Source: Draconibacterium sp.
Lineage (GTDB): Bacteria; Bacteroidota; Bacteroidia; Bacteroidales; Prolixibacteraceae
Direction of reading: 5' to 3'
Length of the DNA stretch: 62,800 nucleotides
Assembly: GCA_050294855.1 (NCBI GenBank)
Contig: JBNKOT010000377.1
Span: 1-62,800 of the forward strand
The first letter of the stretch is position 1, and every line of letters starts with the position of its first letter. Below the pieces are notes generated by a model. The model was given only the letters and a program-made list of their open reading frames with translations. It was not told where the DNA came from and did no database searches. A program made the translations under genes and the position numbers. Of this stretch, positions 19,439-29,900 are shown one piece after another.

Positions 19439-22033
19439 ATGAAGATGAAGTTTTTAACATTATTGTTAATCCTTGTAATTCCGGGCATGAAACTTTTGGC
19501 CAACGAGCCCGATTCTGCCTATCTTTTTGCGTACACAACCGAAAAGCATAATAACACTGGCGGATTGCATTATGCCTGGAGTGTTGACAATGAAAACTGG
19601 CACGGTATAGGACCGGAGTTTCGTTTTCTTTTTAGTGATTTTGGAGCCTGGGGAAGTCAGAAAAAAATGATAAATCCCTTTTTGTTTCAGGATGAATCCG
19701 GACTTTGGCACTGTCTCTGGACTTTGAATAATGAGATTGGACAATTTGCACATACTTCAACAACTGATCTGCACACCTGGATGAGTCAGTCTTATCCCGA
19801 AGTGATGGAGAACGGAAATGTTTTGGATCTGGAGGTTTCTTTCGATGCAAACAAGAAAAATTACCTAATTACCTGGTTGAGTGATCTAGAGGGTGAAAAG
19901 AAGTTTTTTAAAACCACAACCACTGATTTTAAAAATTATACAGTTACTGAAAAAGCGCTCAATTCGGAGCGTTTGAATGCCCGTAAAAACATACTCTTGG
20001 AAGGCGAAAAACAAACCGGTGTTATTGTTGAAATTCCCTGGGAAAAAATCGATGGATTGATTAAATGGCAGCAGTGGAGCAGGTTTCATGAAGAGGAGAG
20101 GGCCGATAATACATCGAAAGATCCGCTTCGTTTCAAAGATTTGAAAACGGTTCAGGCTGCAGTAACACTCTTTCCCGAAAAAAGTAAAACCATCAGCGAT
20201 ATGTTGATTGGTGTTTTTTTCGAAGACATCAATTATGCAGCCGATGGCGGATTGTACGCCGAGTTGGTGCAAAACCGAGGATTTGAATACAAGCTTTCCG
20301 ACAAGAAAGGCAGAGACAAGTCATGGAATGCCTACAAATCCTGGAGTCTTTCAGGAGACGAAGCAACTTTTACCATCGATTCGGTTTCGCCACTTCACGA
20401 GAACAATAAAAACTACGCCGTGCTCGACATTAAAAAAGCAGGTGCTGCGTTGGTAAACGAAGGGTTTAACGGAATTCCGGTGACGGAAAACGAAAAGTAT
20501 AATTTCTCTGCTTTTGCAAAATCACTACTTGGCGACAAAGGGAAAATCCTCGTTCGTTTAAACGATGAAAATGGAAATATTATTGGCGAAGGTACGACGA
20601 AAAATATAAGTGGAAAATGGAAGAAATTTGAGTTGCAGATTACAGCGAATAAAACGGCTGAAAATGCAAAGTTGGAAGTCGTTCCACAATTTTCAGGGAA
20701 AGTGGCTTTGGATATGATTTCGCTTTTTCCTCAAAATACATTTAAACAACGAAAAAATGGTTTAAGAGCCGATTTGGCACAGGTGATTGCTGATATGCAT
20801 CCACGGTTTATTCGTTTCCCGGGCGGCTGTGTTGCACATGGCGACGGTATTCAGAATATCTATCATTGGAACAGAACTGTTGGCCCACTGGAAAGTAGGG
20901 TTCCGCAGCGTAATATCTGGAATTATCATCAATCGGCAGGGCTTGGTTATTTCGAATATTTTCAGTTCTGTGAGGATGTTGGTGCCGAACCACTGCCTGT
21001 TTTGGCAGCTGGTGTTCCTTGTCAGAATTCATCAACTTGCGGACATGGTCAGCAGGGAGGAATTCCAATGTGCGATATGGATGAATACGTTCAGGAAGTG
21101 CTGGATTTAATCGAATGGGCGAACGGTGACAAAAGTACCAAATGGGGAAAAATTCGCGCAGAAGCTGGTCACCCCGAGCCATTCAATCTGAAATACATCG
21201 GAATAGGAAACGAAGATCTTATAACAGATATTTTTGAAGAACGATTTACGATGATTTTTAATATCGTTCGCGAAAAATATCCGGAAATTACCGTTATCGG
21301 TACAGTAGGGCCGTTTTATACTGGATCCGATTACGTGGAAGGATGGAAACTGGCCACTAAACTCGATGTTCCAATGGTCGACGAACACTATTATCAACCA
21401 CCCGGCTGGTTTATTCATAATCAGGATTTTTACGATCGTTATGATCGCTCAAAATCAAAAGTATACTTGGGCGAATATGCGGCACATTTACCCGGGCGAC
21501 CCAACAACATTGAAACGGCATTGTCGGAAGCGCTTTACCTGACTTCGGTGGAGCGAAATGCCGATGTGGTTACCATGACTTCGTATGCTCCGCTGCTGGC
21601 CAAAGAAGGTTTTACTCAATGGAATCCCGATTTGATTTATTTCAACAATACCGAAGTCAAACCGACGGTCGGTTACTATGTGCAAAAATTATTTGGGCAA
21701 AATGTGGGCGAAACATACATTCCTTCGCAAATCAGTTTGTCCAATCGAAATGAAGCCGTAAAAAAACGTGTGGCCATGTCGGTGGTTCGCGACAGTAAAA
21801 CCAATGATATTATTGTAAAAATGGTTAATCTTTTACCGGCTCCGGTAGAATCTGCAATCGATCTTTCGGGATTAAATATTTTGGAACAAACGGCCGAAAT
21901 TTCGGTATTAAAAGGAAATCCTGCAGACAGAAAAGCCCGTCCTGAGGAGGCTGAAATTGTGGTTTCCAAAAACTTTGATTATACACTTCCGGCTTATTCA
22001 TTTTCAGTTGTCAGAATCAAATCATCAAAATAA
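19439..22033 (+). CDS. GH51 alpha-L-arabinofuranosidase with an N-terminal GH43-like propeller fragment
   Basis: N-terminus AYLFAY...GLHYAWS...MINPFL; FFEDINYAADGGLYAE, RFPGGC, GIGNED, DEHYY, YLGEYA, SYAPLL. Confidence 0.9.
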   Translation: MKMKFLTLLLILVIPGMKLLANEPDSAYLFAYTTEKHNNTGGLHYAWSVDNENWHGIGPEFRFLFSDFGAWGSQKKMINPFLFQDESGLWHCLWTLNNEIGQFAHTSTTDLHTWMSQSYPEVMENGNVLDLEVSFDANKKNYLITWLSDLEGEKKFFKTTTTDFKNYTVTEKALNSERLNARKNILLEGEKQTGVIVEIPWEKIDGLIKWQQWSRFHEEERADNTSKDPLRFKDLKTVQAAVTLFPEKSKTISDMLIGVFFEDINYAADGGLYAELVQNRGFEYKLSDKKGRDKSWNAYKSWSLSGDEATFTIDSVSPLHENNKNYAVLDIKKAGAALVNEGFNGIPVTENEKYNFSAFAKSLLGDKGKILVRLNDENGNIIGEGTTKNISGKWKKFELQITANKTAENAKLEVVPQFSGKVALDMISLFPQNTFKQRKNGLRADLAQVIADMHPRFIRFPGGCVAHGDGIQNIYHWNRTVGPLESRVPQRNIWNYHQSAGLGYFEYFQFCEDVGAEPLPVLAAGVPCQNSSTCGHGQQGGIPMCDMDEYVQEVLDLIEWANGDKSTKWGKIRAEAGHPEPFNLKYIGIGNEDLITDIFEERFTMIFNIVREKYPEITVIGTVGPFYTGSDYVEGWKLATKLDVPMVDEHYYQPPGWFIHNQDFYDRYDRSKSKVYLGEYAAHLPGRPNNIETALSEALYLTSVERNADVVTMTSYAPLLAKEGFTQWNPDLIYFNNTEVKPTVGYYVQKLFGQNVGETYIPSQISLSNRNEAVKKRVAMSVVRDSKTNDIIVKMVNLLPAPVESAIDLSGLNILEQTAEISVLKGNPADRKARPEEAEIVVSKNFDYTLPAYSFSVVRIKSSK

Positions 22034-22046
22034 AACAATCTTCACC

Positions 22047-24506
22047 ATGCCTAAAAAAGTCTTTCATTCAGTAATTATTCTTTTGTCCGCTATGGTTTTG
22101 CTCAGTTTGATGGGTGTTCATTCCTTGTCTGCACAGGTTGGATTTGGTCAAGCAGAAAAAATCAATAAGAATTGGAAGTTTATCCTCGACGATATTGAAC
22201 AGGCAGAACAAACAAGCCTGAATGATCGACGATGGGAAAACATTGATTTGCCACACGATTGGAGCGTTAAGAGACAACTCAGCCCAACCTTGGCGAGTGC
22301 CACCGGATATTTGCCGGGAGGAATTGGCTGGTATCGCAAGCAACTTTTTGTTCCAAAAGAAAAAGAGGGAGAAAAAGTATACTTGTATTTTGAAGGAGTA
22401 TACAACCGAAGTGAAGTTTTTGTAAACGGCGTATCGCTTGGGAAACGCCCAAACGGATATGTCTCGTTTCTGTACGACGCAACTCCTAACATTAAATTCG
22501 GCGAAGAAAATATGGTGGCAGTTCGGGTGGATCACAGTCGATCTGCAGACTCGCGCTGGTACACCGGTTCCGGCATTTATCGAAATGTTTGGATGGTTTA
22601 CGCCAAACCTATTCATATTCAACAATGGGGCGTTTACGCTCATCCCGAGAAACAGAAAAAAGGATATCATTTAAATGTTGAAGTTGAAGTTAAAAATGGT
22701 TTAAACGAATCTTCGGCACTAACGATTAAAAACGAATTGTTTGACCGGGAGAATAATCTTGTTGCAAAATCTTCTGAAAAATTAACGATTAAAGGAAGTC
22801 AAACCGGTAAAATAAATACTGCTTTAAAAGTTGATAAACCAGAACTCTGGTCGCTGGATAATCCAAATTTATACACCTTAAAAACTTCGGTTTATCTGGA
22901 CAGAATGTTGATGGATGAAACGATTACTGAGACCGGATTTCGCGAGTTTTCTTTTGATCCGAACAAAGGATTTGCCTTGAATGGAACATGGATGAAAGTA
23001 AAAGGCGTTTGTTTACACCACGATGGTGGAGTGCTCGGTTCTGCCGTGCCTCGGGAAGTTTGGAAACGACGTTTGCTCACCTTAAAAGAAATTGGTGTGA
23101 ACGCGATTCGAACAAGCCACAATCCGCAGGCGCCCGATTTATATGAACTTTGCGATGAATTGGGTTTACTGGTAATGGATGAAGCATTTGATGAATGGGA
23201 ATTTCCAAAGCGGAAATGGATGGAAGGATGGAATGTTGGAACACCCGGTTTTCAGGGAACGTTCGATTTTTTTGAAGAATGGGGAGAAAAAGATTTGGGA
23301 GACATGGTAAAACGCGATCGCAATCATACTTCCATTTTTGCCTGGAGCATAGGAAATGAGGTCGATTATCCAAACGATCCGTATTCGCACCCCGTTTTGG
23401 ATGGCGGTGGCGAAACCGGTTTTACCCAACCTATTTTTGGTGGCTATAAAAAAGATGCACCCGATGCCATGCGTTTGGGCGCGATTGCCAAACGGCTGGT
23501 AAAAGTGGTAAAACAATACGATCAATCGCGGCCAACCACTGCCGGATTGGCGGGAGTTGCCATGTCGAACCAAACCGAATATCCAACTGCATTGGACATT
23601 ACCGGATACAATTATACCGAAAGTTTGTACGATCAGGATCATGCAAAATATCCGGAACGGGTGATTTTTGGTAGCGAAAACCGGCATGATATCGGAGCCT
23701 GGAAAGAGGTGACTACGCGTGATTTTATTTTTGGTCAGTTTCTTTGGACAGGAATTGATTATTTAGGAGAATCTGGTCGATGGCCATCGCGGGGTTTTTA
23801 TTCCGGGCTGCTCGATTTTGGTGGTTTTATGAAACCAAGGGGATATTTCCGTCAGTCCTTATGGTCAGTAAATCCAATGGCTTATCTTGGAACTTATCCG
23901 GTGCCGGAAGGAAGAGGTAGAAATCGGGGCTTGTCGGTTGATGCGTGGTCGGTTTGGAATTACGAAGAAGGACAATCGATTCGTGTGGTCTGCTACACCA
24001 ACGCTGCTTCGGCAAAACTGTTACTAAATGGGAAATTGGTTGGTGAACCAAAAAACTACGACGAAAAAACCGGAATTATTTTCTGGGACATTCCGTTCAG
24101 CAATGGCAAATTGGAAGTTGTCGGATTGGATCCAAACGGAAAACAAGTCAGCCAATATTCGATACAATCTTCTGGACGTTCGGATGGCATAAAAATCATT
24201 TCAAAAGAAACAACGATTGAAAAAGGCGGAGTTGCACAGGTGGTTATTCAGGTGGTCGATGAAAATGGAATTCCAGTGATGCTTTCCGACGACGAAATCA
24301 CTTGTCAGATAAATGGCGATGGACGTTTGCTCGGTCTGGAAGCCAGCAATAACTCTGATATGTCGGATTATACCGATAACAAACAACGGGTTTTTCATGG
24401 CAGATTGGTTGCTTATATTCGGGCCGGTGAAGCAACCGGAGAATTTACTGTTCGGTTCTCGGCAAATTGGTTAAAACCGGCTGAAACTAAAATCAACGTT
24501 CAATAA
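22047..24506 (+). CDS. GH2 beta-galactosidase-like glycoside hydrolase
   Basis: LPHDWS, SRWYTGSGIYRNV, KGVCLHHD, NAIRTSHNP, WSIGNE (acid/base), FGSE (nucleophile), WTGIDYLGE; start moved to ATG 22047, 13 bp after the upstream stop and before a signal peptide. Confidence 0.92.
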   Translation: MPKKVFHSVIILLSAMVLLSLMGVHSLSAQVGFGQAEKINKNWKFILDDIEQAEQTSLNDRRWENIDLPHDWSVKRQLSPTLASATGYLPGGIGWYRKQLFVPKEKEGEKVYLYFEGVYNRSEVFVNGVSLGKRPNGYVSFLYDATPNIKFGEENMVAVRVDHSRSADSRWYTGSGIYRNVWMVYAKPIHIQQWGVYAHPEKQKKGYHLNVEVEVKNGLNESSALTIKNELFDRENNLVAKSSEKLTIKGSQTGKINTALKVDKPELWSLDNPNLYTLKTSVYLDRMLMDETITETGFREFSFDPNKGFALNGTWMKVKGVCLHHDGGVLGSAVPREVWKRRLLTLKEIGVNAIRTSHNPQAPDLYELCDELGLLVMDEAFDEWEFPKRKWMEGWNVGTPGFQGTFDFFEEWGEKDLGDMVKRDRNHTSIFAWSIGNEVDYPNDPYSHPVLDGGGETGFTQPIFGGYKKDAPDAMRLGAIAKRLVKVVKQYDQSRPTTAGLAGVAMSNQTEYPTALDITGYNYTESLYDQDHAKYPERVIFGSENRHDIGAWKEVTTRDFIFGQFLWTGIDYLGESGRWPSRGFYSGLLDFGGFMKPRGYFRQSLWSVNPMAYLGTYPVPEGRGRNRGLSVDAWSVWNYEEGQSIRVVCYTNAASAKLLLNGKLVGEPKNYDEKTGIIFWDIPFSNGKLEVVGLDPNGKQVSQYSIQSSGRSDGIKIISKETTIEKGGVAQVVIQVVDENGIPVMLSDDEITCQINGDGRLLGLEASNNSDMSDYTDNKQRVFHGRLVAYIRAGEATGEFTVRFSANWLKPAETKINVQ

Positions 24507-24535
24507 AAGATTAAAAAACAAAAAAAGAGAGAGTA

Positions 24536-26719
24536 ATGAATTTTTCATTTAAAACACAAAAAAGTCGTTCAATAAATTGGATTCTTCCGGTTTTAGTTTT
24601 GATGCTTCTTTCCACTTCGTGCGGTAATCAAAAGTCGGCAGATGAAGAGTTATCGGGATACCTGTTTACCTACTTTACCGGGAATGGTCCGGGAGAAGAA
24701 GCCATTCGTTTTGCGATAAGTATGGACGGCTATAATTACCGGGCCTTAAACAACAACGAACCGGTGATCGATTCGAAAGTAATCAGTAAATCAGGAGGTG
24801 TGCGTGATCCGCATATTTTAAGAGGAGCCGACGGAAAAACATTTTATATGGTTGGCACCGATTTGTACGTACCCGAAATGGGCTGGAACAATTTTGCAAT
24901 GATTTTATTAAAATCCAACGACCTGATCAATTGGGAATCTTCGGTTGTAAATATCCCGGAAACCTTTCCCGAGGAGTTTGGCGACATCGACCGGGTTTGG
25001 GCACCGCAAACTATTTATGACGAAGCGACGGGAAAATATATGGTTTACTTTTCGATGAAGAAAAGTGGCAACCATCCCGACATTATTTATTATGCCTATG
25101 CCAACAAAGATTTTACCGGATTGGAAGCAGCGCCAAAACAACTTTTGTTTAATCCCACAAACAATGCCTGCATCGACGGAGATATTGTAAAAAAAGACGA
25201 TAAATATTATTTATTCCACAAATCGGAAAGTGGAAAGCCGGGAATAAAACTGGCCATTTCTGATAAACTCAACGAAGGATATTCCTATCCAAACCTCGAT
25301 CGTGTAGACAAAGAAACGGCGCGTGTTGAAGGTTCGGGAGTTTTTAAATTGAATAATTCAGACGAGTGGATTTTGATGTACGATGTTTATGGCTCTGGGC
25401 GCTACCAATTCACAAGAAGTAAAGATTTGGAGCATTTCGAAATCATTGACGAAAGCATCAGCATGAATTTTCATCCGCGCCACGGAACCGTTTTGCCGCT
25501 TTCCGGAAAAGAAGTAAAACGCCTGATCGAAAAGTGGGGAAAGGTTGACGATCCGATGGTTGAGATCAATTCGCCCGATTTAAAAAAATTAAACATTGAT
25601 ATGAATGGAAAAGCGGCGACCATTCATTTACCGGTGAAACGCGGAGTCGATCTTGCCGCCTTTGATCCTCACTTTAAACCCTGGCCGGGTTTTTCGGTTC
25701 AACCCGAAGGGCCACAGAACTTTTTAAACGGATCGGTTGCTTATACTTTTTCTGTCAACGAAACTTCGGAACTGACATACGAGGTTAGTGCTTCGGAAGA
25801 TCACAATCCGGTGCTGGAAGGTTATTATGCCGATCCCGATATTTTGTATTCCGAAAAAACCGATAGTTTTTATATCTATCCAACAACCGATGGATTTAAC
25901 GGATGGTCGGGCTGGTATTTTAAAACTTTTTCATCAGCAAATCTTGTCGACTGGAAGGATGAAGGAACCATTCTTGACTTGAAAAAAGATGTGAGCTGGG
26001 CCAATCGGAATGCCTGGGCTCCTTGTATTATTGAAAAGAAAATCGATGGTGAATACAAGTATTTCTATTATTTCACGGCGGCTCAGAAAATCGGTGTTGC
26101 AGTTGCAGACCATCCTACAGGTCCTTTTACCGACAGTGGAAAAGCGCTGATAGATTTTAAACCCAAAGGAATAAACTGGGGACAGGAAATCGATCCGGAT
26201 GTTTTTACCGATCCTAAAACCGGAAAAAGTTACTTGTATTGGGGGAATGGTTACATGGCAGGCGCCGAATTAAACAAAGATATGATTTCGTTAAAAATGA
26301 AGACCTTAAAAACGTTTAATGTTGACAATACTTATCGGGAAGGTACGTATGTAATTTACCGGAATGGGACCTATTATTTTATGTGGTCGGAAGACGATAC
26401 ACGCAGTCCAAATTATAAGGTTCGATATGCAACTTCCGATTCTCCAATGGGTAAACTAACAATTCCCAAAAAGAACATTGTTATTCAACGCGATCCGGCA
26501 ACAAACATTTTTGCCACCGGGCACAACTCGGCGATTCAAATTCCGGGGAAAGATGAATGGTACCTGGTATATCACCGTTTTACTTATCCCAAAGGAGTTA
26601 CAATGGGCAGGAGCGGAGGTTTCCATCGCGAGGTGTGTATCGATAAATTGGAATTCGATGCTGAGGAAAATATTATGGAAGTGAAACCAACTTTCAAAGG
26701 GATAGAACCTGTAATTTAA
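24536..26719 (+). CDS. Lipoprotein with two GH43 catalytic domains (probable arabinofuranosidase)
   Basis: Lipobox STSC; domain 1 GVRDPHI/VWAPQ/IDGDI/VEGS; Ig-like linker; domain 2 YADPDI/WAPC/IDPDV/YREG/TGHNS. Confidence 0.88.
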   Translation: MNFSFKTQKSRSINWILPVLVLMLLSTSCGNQKSADEELSGYLFTYFTGNGPGEEAIRFAISMDGYNYRALNNNEPVIDSKVISKSGGVRDPHILRGADGKTFYMVGTDLYVPEMGWNNFAMILLKSNDLINWESSVVNIPETFPEEFGDIDRVWAPQTIYDEATGKYMVYFSMKKSGNHPDIIYYAYANKDFTGLEAAPKQLLFNPTNNACIDGDIVKKDDKYYLFHKSESGKPGIKLAISDKLNEGYSYPNLDRVDKETARVEGSGVFKLNNSDEWILMYDVYGSGRYQFTRSKDLEHFEIIDESISMNFHPRHGTVLPLSGKEVKRLIEKWGKVDDPMVEINSPDLKKLNIDMNGKAATIHLPVKRGVDLAAFDPHFKPWPGFSVQPEGPQNFLNGSVAYTFSVNETSELTYEVSASEDHNPVLEGYYADPDILYSEKTDSFYIYPTTDGFNGWSGWYFKTFSSANLVDWKDEGTILDLKKDVSWANRNAWAPCIIEKKIDGEYKYFYYFTAAQKIGVAVADHPTGPFTDSGKALIDFKPKGINWGQEIDPDVFTDPKTGKSYLYWGNGYMAGAELNKDMISLKMKTLKTFNVDNTYREGTYVIYRNGTYYFMWSEDDTRSPNYKVRYATSDSPMGKLTIPKKNIVIQRDPATNIFATGHNSAIQIPGKDEWYLVYHRFTYPKGVTMGRSGGFHREVCIDKLEFDAEENIMEVKPTFKGIEPVI

Positions 26720-26829
26720 GCGGTTTGAGAATCGAATAGTGGATTTTACAGTGGTCTATTCTGACATTAACCAAATAACAATAGAAATTGAAAAGGTATA
26801 AATGAATGGAATAAAATCGTTTAAAATTA

Positions 26830-26837
26830 TACATTTG
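26830..26837 (+). promoter_or_regulatory. -7 promoter element for the PL11 gene
   Basis: TACATTTG matches TAnnTTTG, 73 bp upstream of the start codon; only a partial operator-like TTCTGACA further upstream (26759-26766). Confidence 0.45.
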
Positions 26838-26910
26838 AAATTTAGGATGTTTATTTCTTTTTTATCGGGTCAAAAAAAAATCATAAAAGTATTTAAAAGA
26901 CAATTTTGTA

Positions 26911-29900
26911 ATGATGAGTAGAACTACCAAAAAATATTGGAGGATATTAACGTTGATTATTATCGTATTTTTCAGTTATAATGCAATGGCTCAGCGGTAT
27001 ATGGAAAAGCTGAATCATGGATTGATCGCTGTAAATACAACAAACGGAGTATTTGTTAGCTGGCGTGTTTTAGGTTCAGAAGGCGACGATGTTTCGTACA
27101 ACATTTATCGCGATGGAGCAATGGTGAATAGTACACCTGTTAACGGAGCGAGTAATCTCCTCGATCCAAATGGTACAATTGCATCCACCTACACAATCAA
27201 GTTGTTGTTAAACGGAGTTGAGCAGACTGCCGAGGAATCGACAACGGTTTGGTCAAAAAATTATATCGATATTCCGGTTCGGAAAATTAACGGAGGATAC
27301 AACACCCACATTATTAACGATGCTTCGGTTGGCGATTTGGATGGCGATGGCGAATACGAAATTGTTGTTAAACGACTTGCCACTGGTGGAGTAGCTTCGA
27401 GCGATTTTCATTTCCTGGATGCCTACGAACTCAATGGAACCTTGATGTGGTCTGTAAATATGGGGCCTAACATTTATAACGATGTAGAGTTTAACTTTTT
27501 GGTTTGGGACCTCGATTGTGACGGAAAAGCGGAAGTAACTTTACGCACTTCCGATGGTTTTATCGATGGCGAAGGAAACAACATTGGCGATGCAGATAAC
27601 GATGGAATAATCAACTACCGTTATTCGATTTCGTCGGTGGGGTATCGAATGGAAGGACCTGATTATTTGTCGGTTTTGGATGGTCAGACCGGAAAAGAAC
27701 TCGACAGAGCGACATACATTCCCCGCGGAAATATTACCGATTGGGGTAAAGATGACGGTGGACATCGTTCCACAAAATGTATGTTTACAGTGGCTTATCA
27801 GGATGGGAAAAAACCAAGCGTTGTTTTCGGTCGTGGAATATACGAAAGGATTGTACTCGAATCGTGGAAATTCGAAGGAGGCAGCCTTAGCAAAAACTGG
27901 CATTTCGATTCTAACAGTAACGCTGCATATGCACAACAAGGATTTCACAATCTGACGCAAGGCGATGTAGATAATGATGAACGAGATGAAGTGGTTTACG
28001 GTTCGATGATGATGGACGATAACGGGCAGGGATTGTATTCGACAGAATTAGGACACGGAGATGCTCAACATTTGGGAGATATTAATCCCGACCGCTATGG
28101 ATTGGAGTATTTTGGCTGTTTGGAAAATTCAGCAGGCGGAAATTACCGCGATGCACAGACGGGCGAAATATTTCATTACACAAACATTGGGCGCGACATG
28201 GGCCGCGCAGGTTGTGCGGATGTAACGCCCGATTATCCGGGAATGGAAATGTGGGGACCATCCGGTTTCCCATTTTTAAGTTCCACCGGCGATGAAATTA
28301 CTAATTTAACACCCCCCAGTTCAATGAACTTTTTTATCTGGTGGGATGGTGATCTGACACGCGAAATACTCGATCATACCTGGTACAACGATTATGGCGT
28401 GGGAACAATCACGAAGTACAACAATGGAGCAAACGATCAGCTTCTTTATGCCTCGGGAACTTTATCCAATAACTGGACAAAAGGAACACCGTCGTTAAGT
28501 GCTGATATATTGGGCGACTGGCGCGAAGAAGTAATCTGGCGCACCAACGACAATTCTGCACTGCGCTTATATACCACAACAGATTTAACGGCCCACAAAA
28601 TTTATACTTTAATGCACGATCCTCAATATCGTGCTGCCATTGGCTGGCAACCCAATTCGTACAATCAGCCGCCACATCCGGGCTTTTTTATTGGAACCGA
28701 TATGGATTCTGTTCCTCCTTCACCCATGATGTTGCCCAACCAAAAAGTTTGGACTTCCGGGAAATGGAACATTGAATCAAGCTCAGCCTGGACAAAGGAT
28801 GAGGCAACAACAACTTTTTCGAACAACGACGTAGTACTTCTTGATATTTCAGGCGATAACAGTTCCGATATCATTCTCGAAGGTTCGCTTCAACCAAAAG
28901 ATGTGCGGGTTATTTCGCCGATTGATTATGTTTTTGTTGGCTCGGGAAGTATTGCTGGAGAGACCAATCTTACAAAATCAGGAAAAGGAACACTCACCTT
29001 TAATAATTCGAATGCGTACACCGGAATTACACGTGTTTGGGACGGGCAGATCATAAACAACGGAACGCTTGAAAATAGTACGGTTTTGGTGAAAAGATTT
29101 GCAACGGCAGCCGGAACCGGAGCTTATAACAATGGTATTGTTCTCGAGAAATATGCCAAGCTGATTGTAAGCGAAACGCAAACTTCAGCCGATACTTTAT
29201 TTGTTTCGGGATCGCTCACTGCAGATGCACAATCAACAATCTATATAGATCTTACCGACGATTTTGAGGCAGCTTCCAAAATCAACGACTTGATTGTTAT
29301 TGACGGAAATTTAAAAATCAACGGATCGATGTCAATTAACATCAATCGTCTTGATGGTAAATTATCGGCCGGAGAATATGTTTTGATGACGGTGAGTGAT
29401 TCATTGATCGGGAATGTGGAAAACATCGCGATAGAAGGTATTTCCGGCGTTCCGTATATACTAAAATTTGAGGATCATAAATTAAAACTTCTGGTCGAAG
29501 AAACACGACTTCCGGGAAGAGTTGTCTGGAACGGTGCCGTAGATAATAATTGGGATCTGTTTAACCGCCTGAACTGGTTGAACGACGGATCGGCCGATTA
29601 CTTTCTTGGTGAAGACTCAGTGGTTTTCGACGATAGCGGACAATATTCGAATGTTGAAATTATGGACGAATACGCCATCAGCAATTTTCTTTTTGATGCA
29701 GACAAAGATTATACAATTCAGGGAAACGGGTCTTTTACCGGATCGGCGAATCTGTTGAAAAGGGGATCGGGCACTCTGACCATGAAAGTGAACAATTCGT
29801 ACACCGGGTCAACGACCATTGTAAAAGGTACAATCAGAATTCCGGAAATGACCAACGCAGGATATCCTTCCGGAATTGGAGCTGCTTCGGCAGATGCCTG

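Noticed and set aside
21957-22046. Extended GH2 N-terminus overlapping the GH51 gene
   Set aside because: GTG start inside the upstream gene; ATG 22047 gives a normal signal peptide
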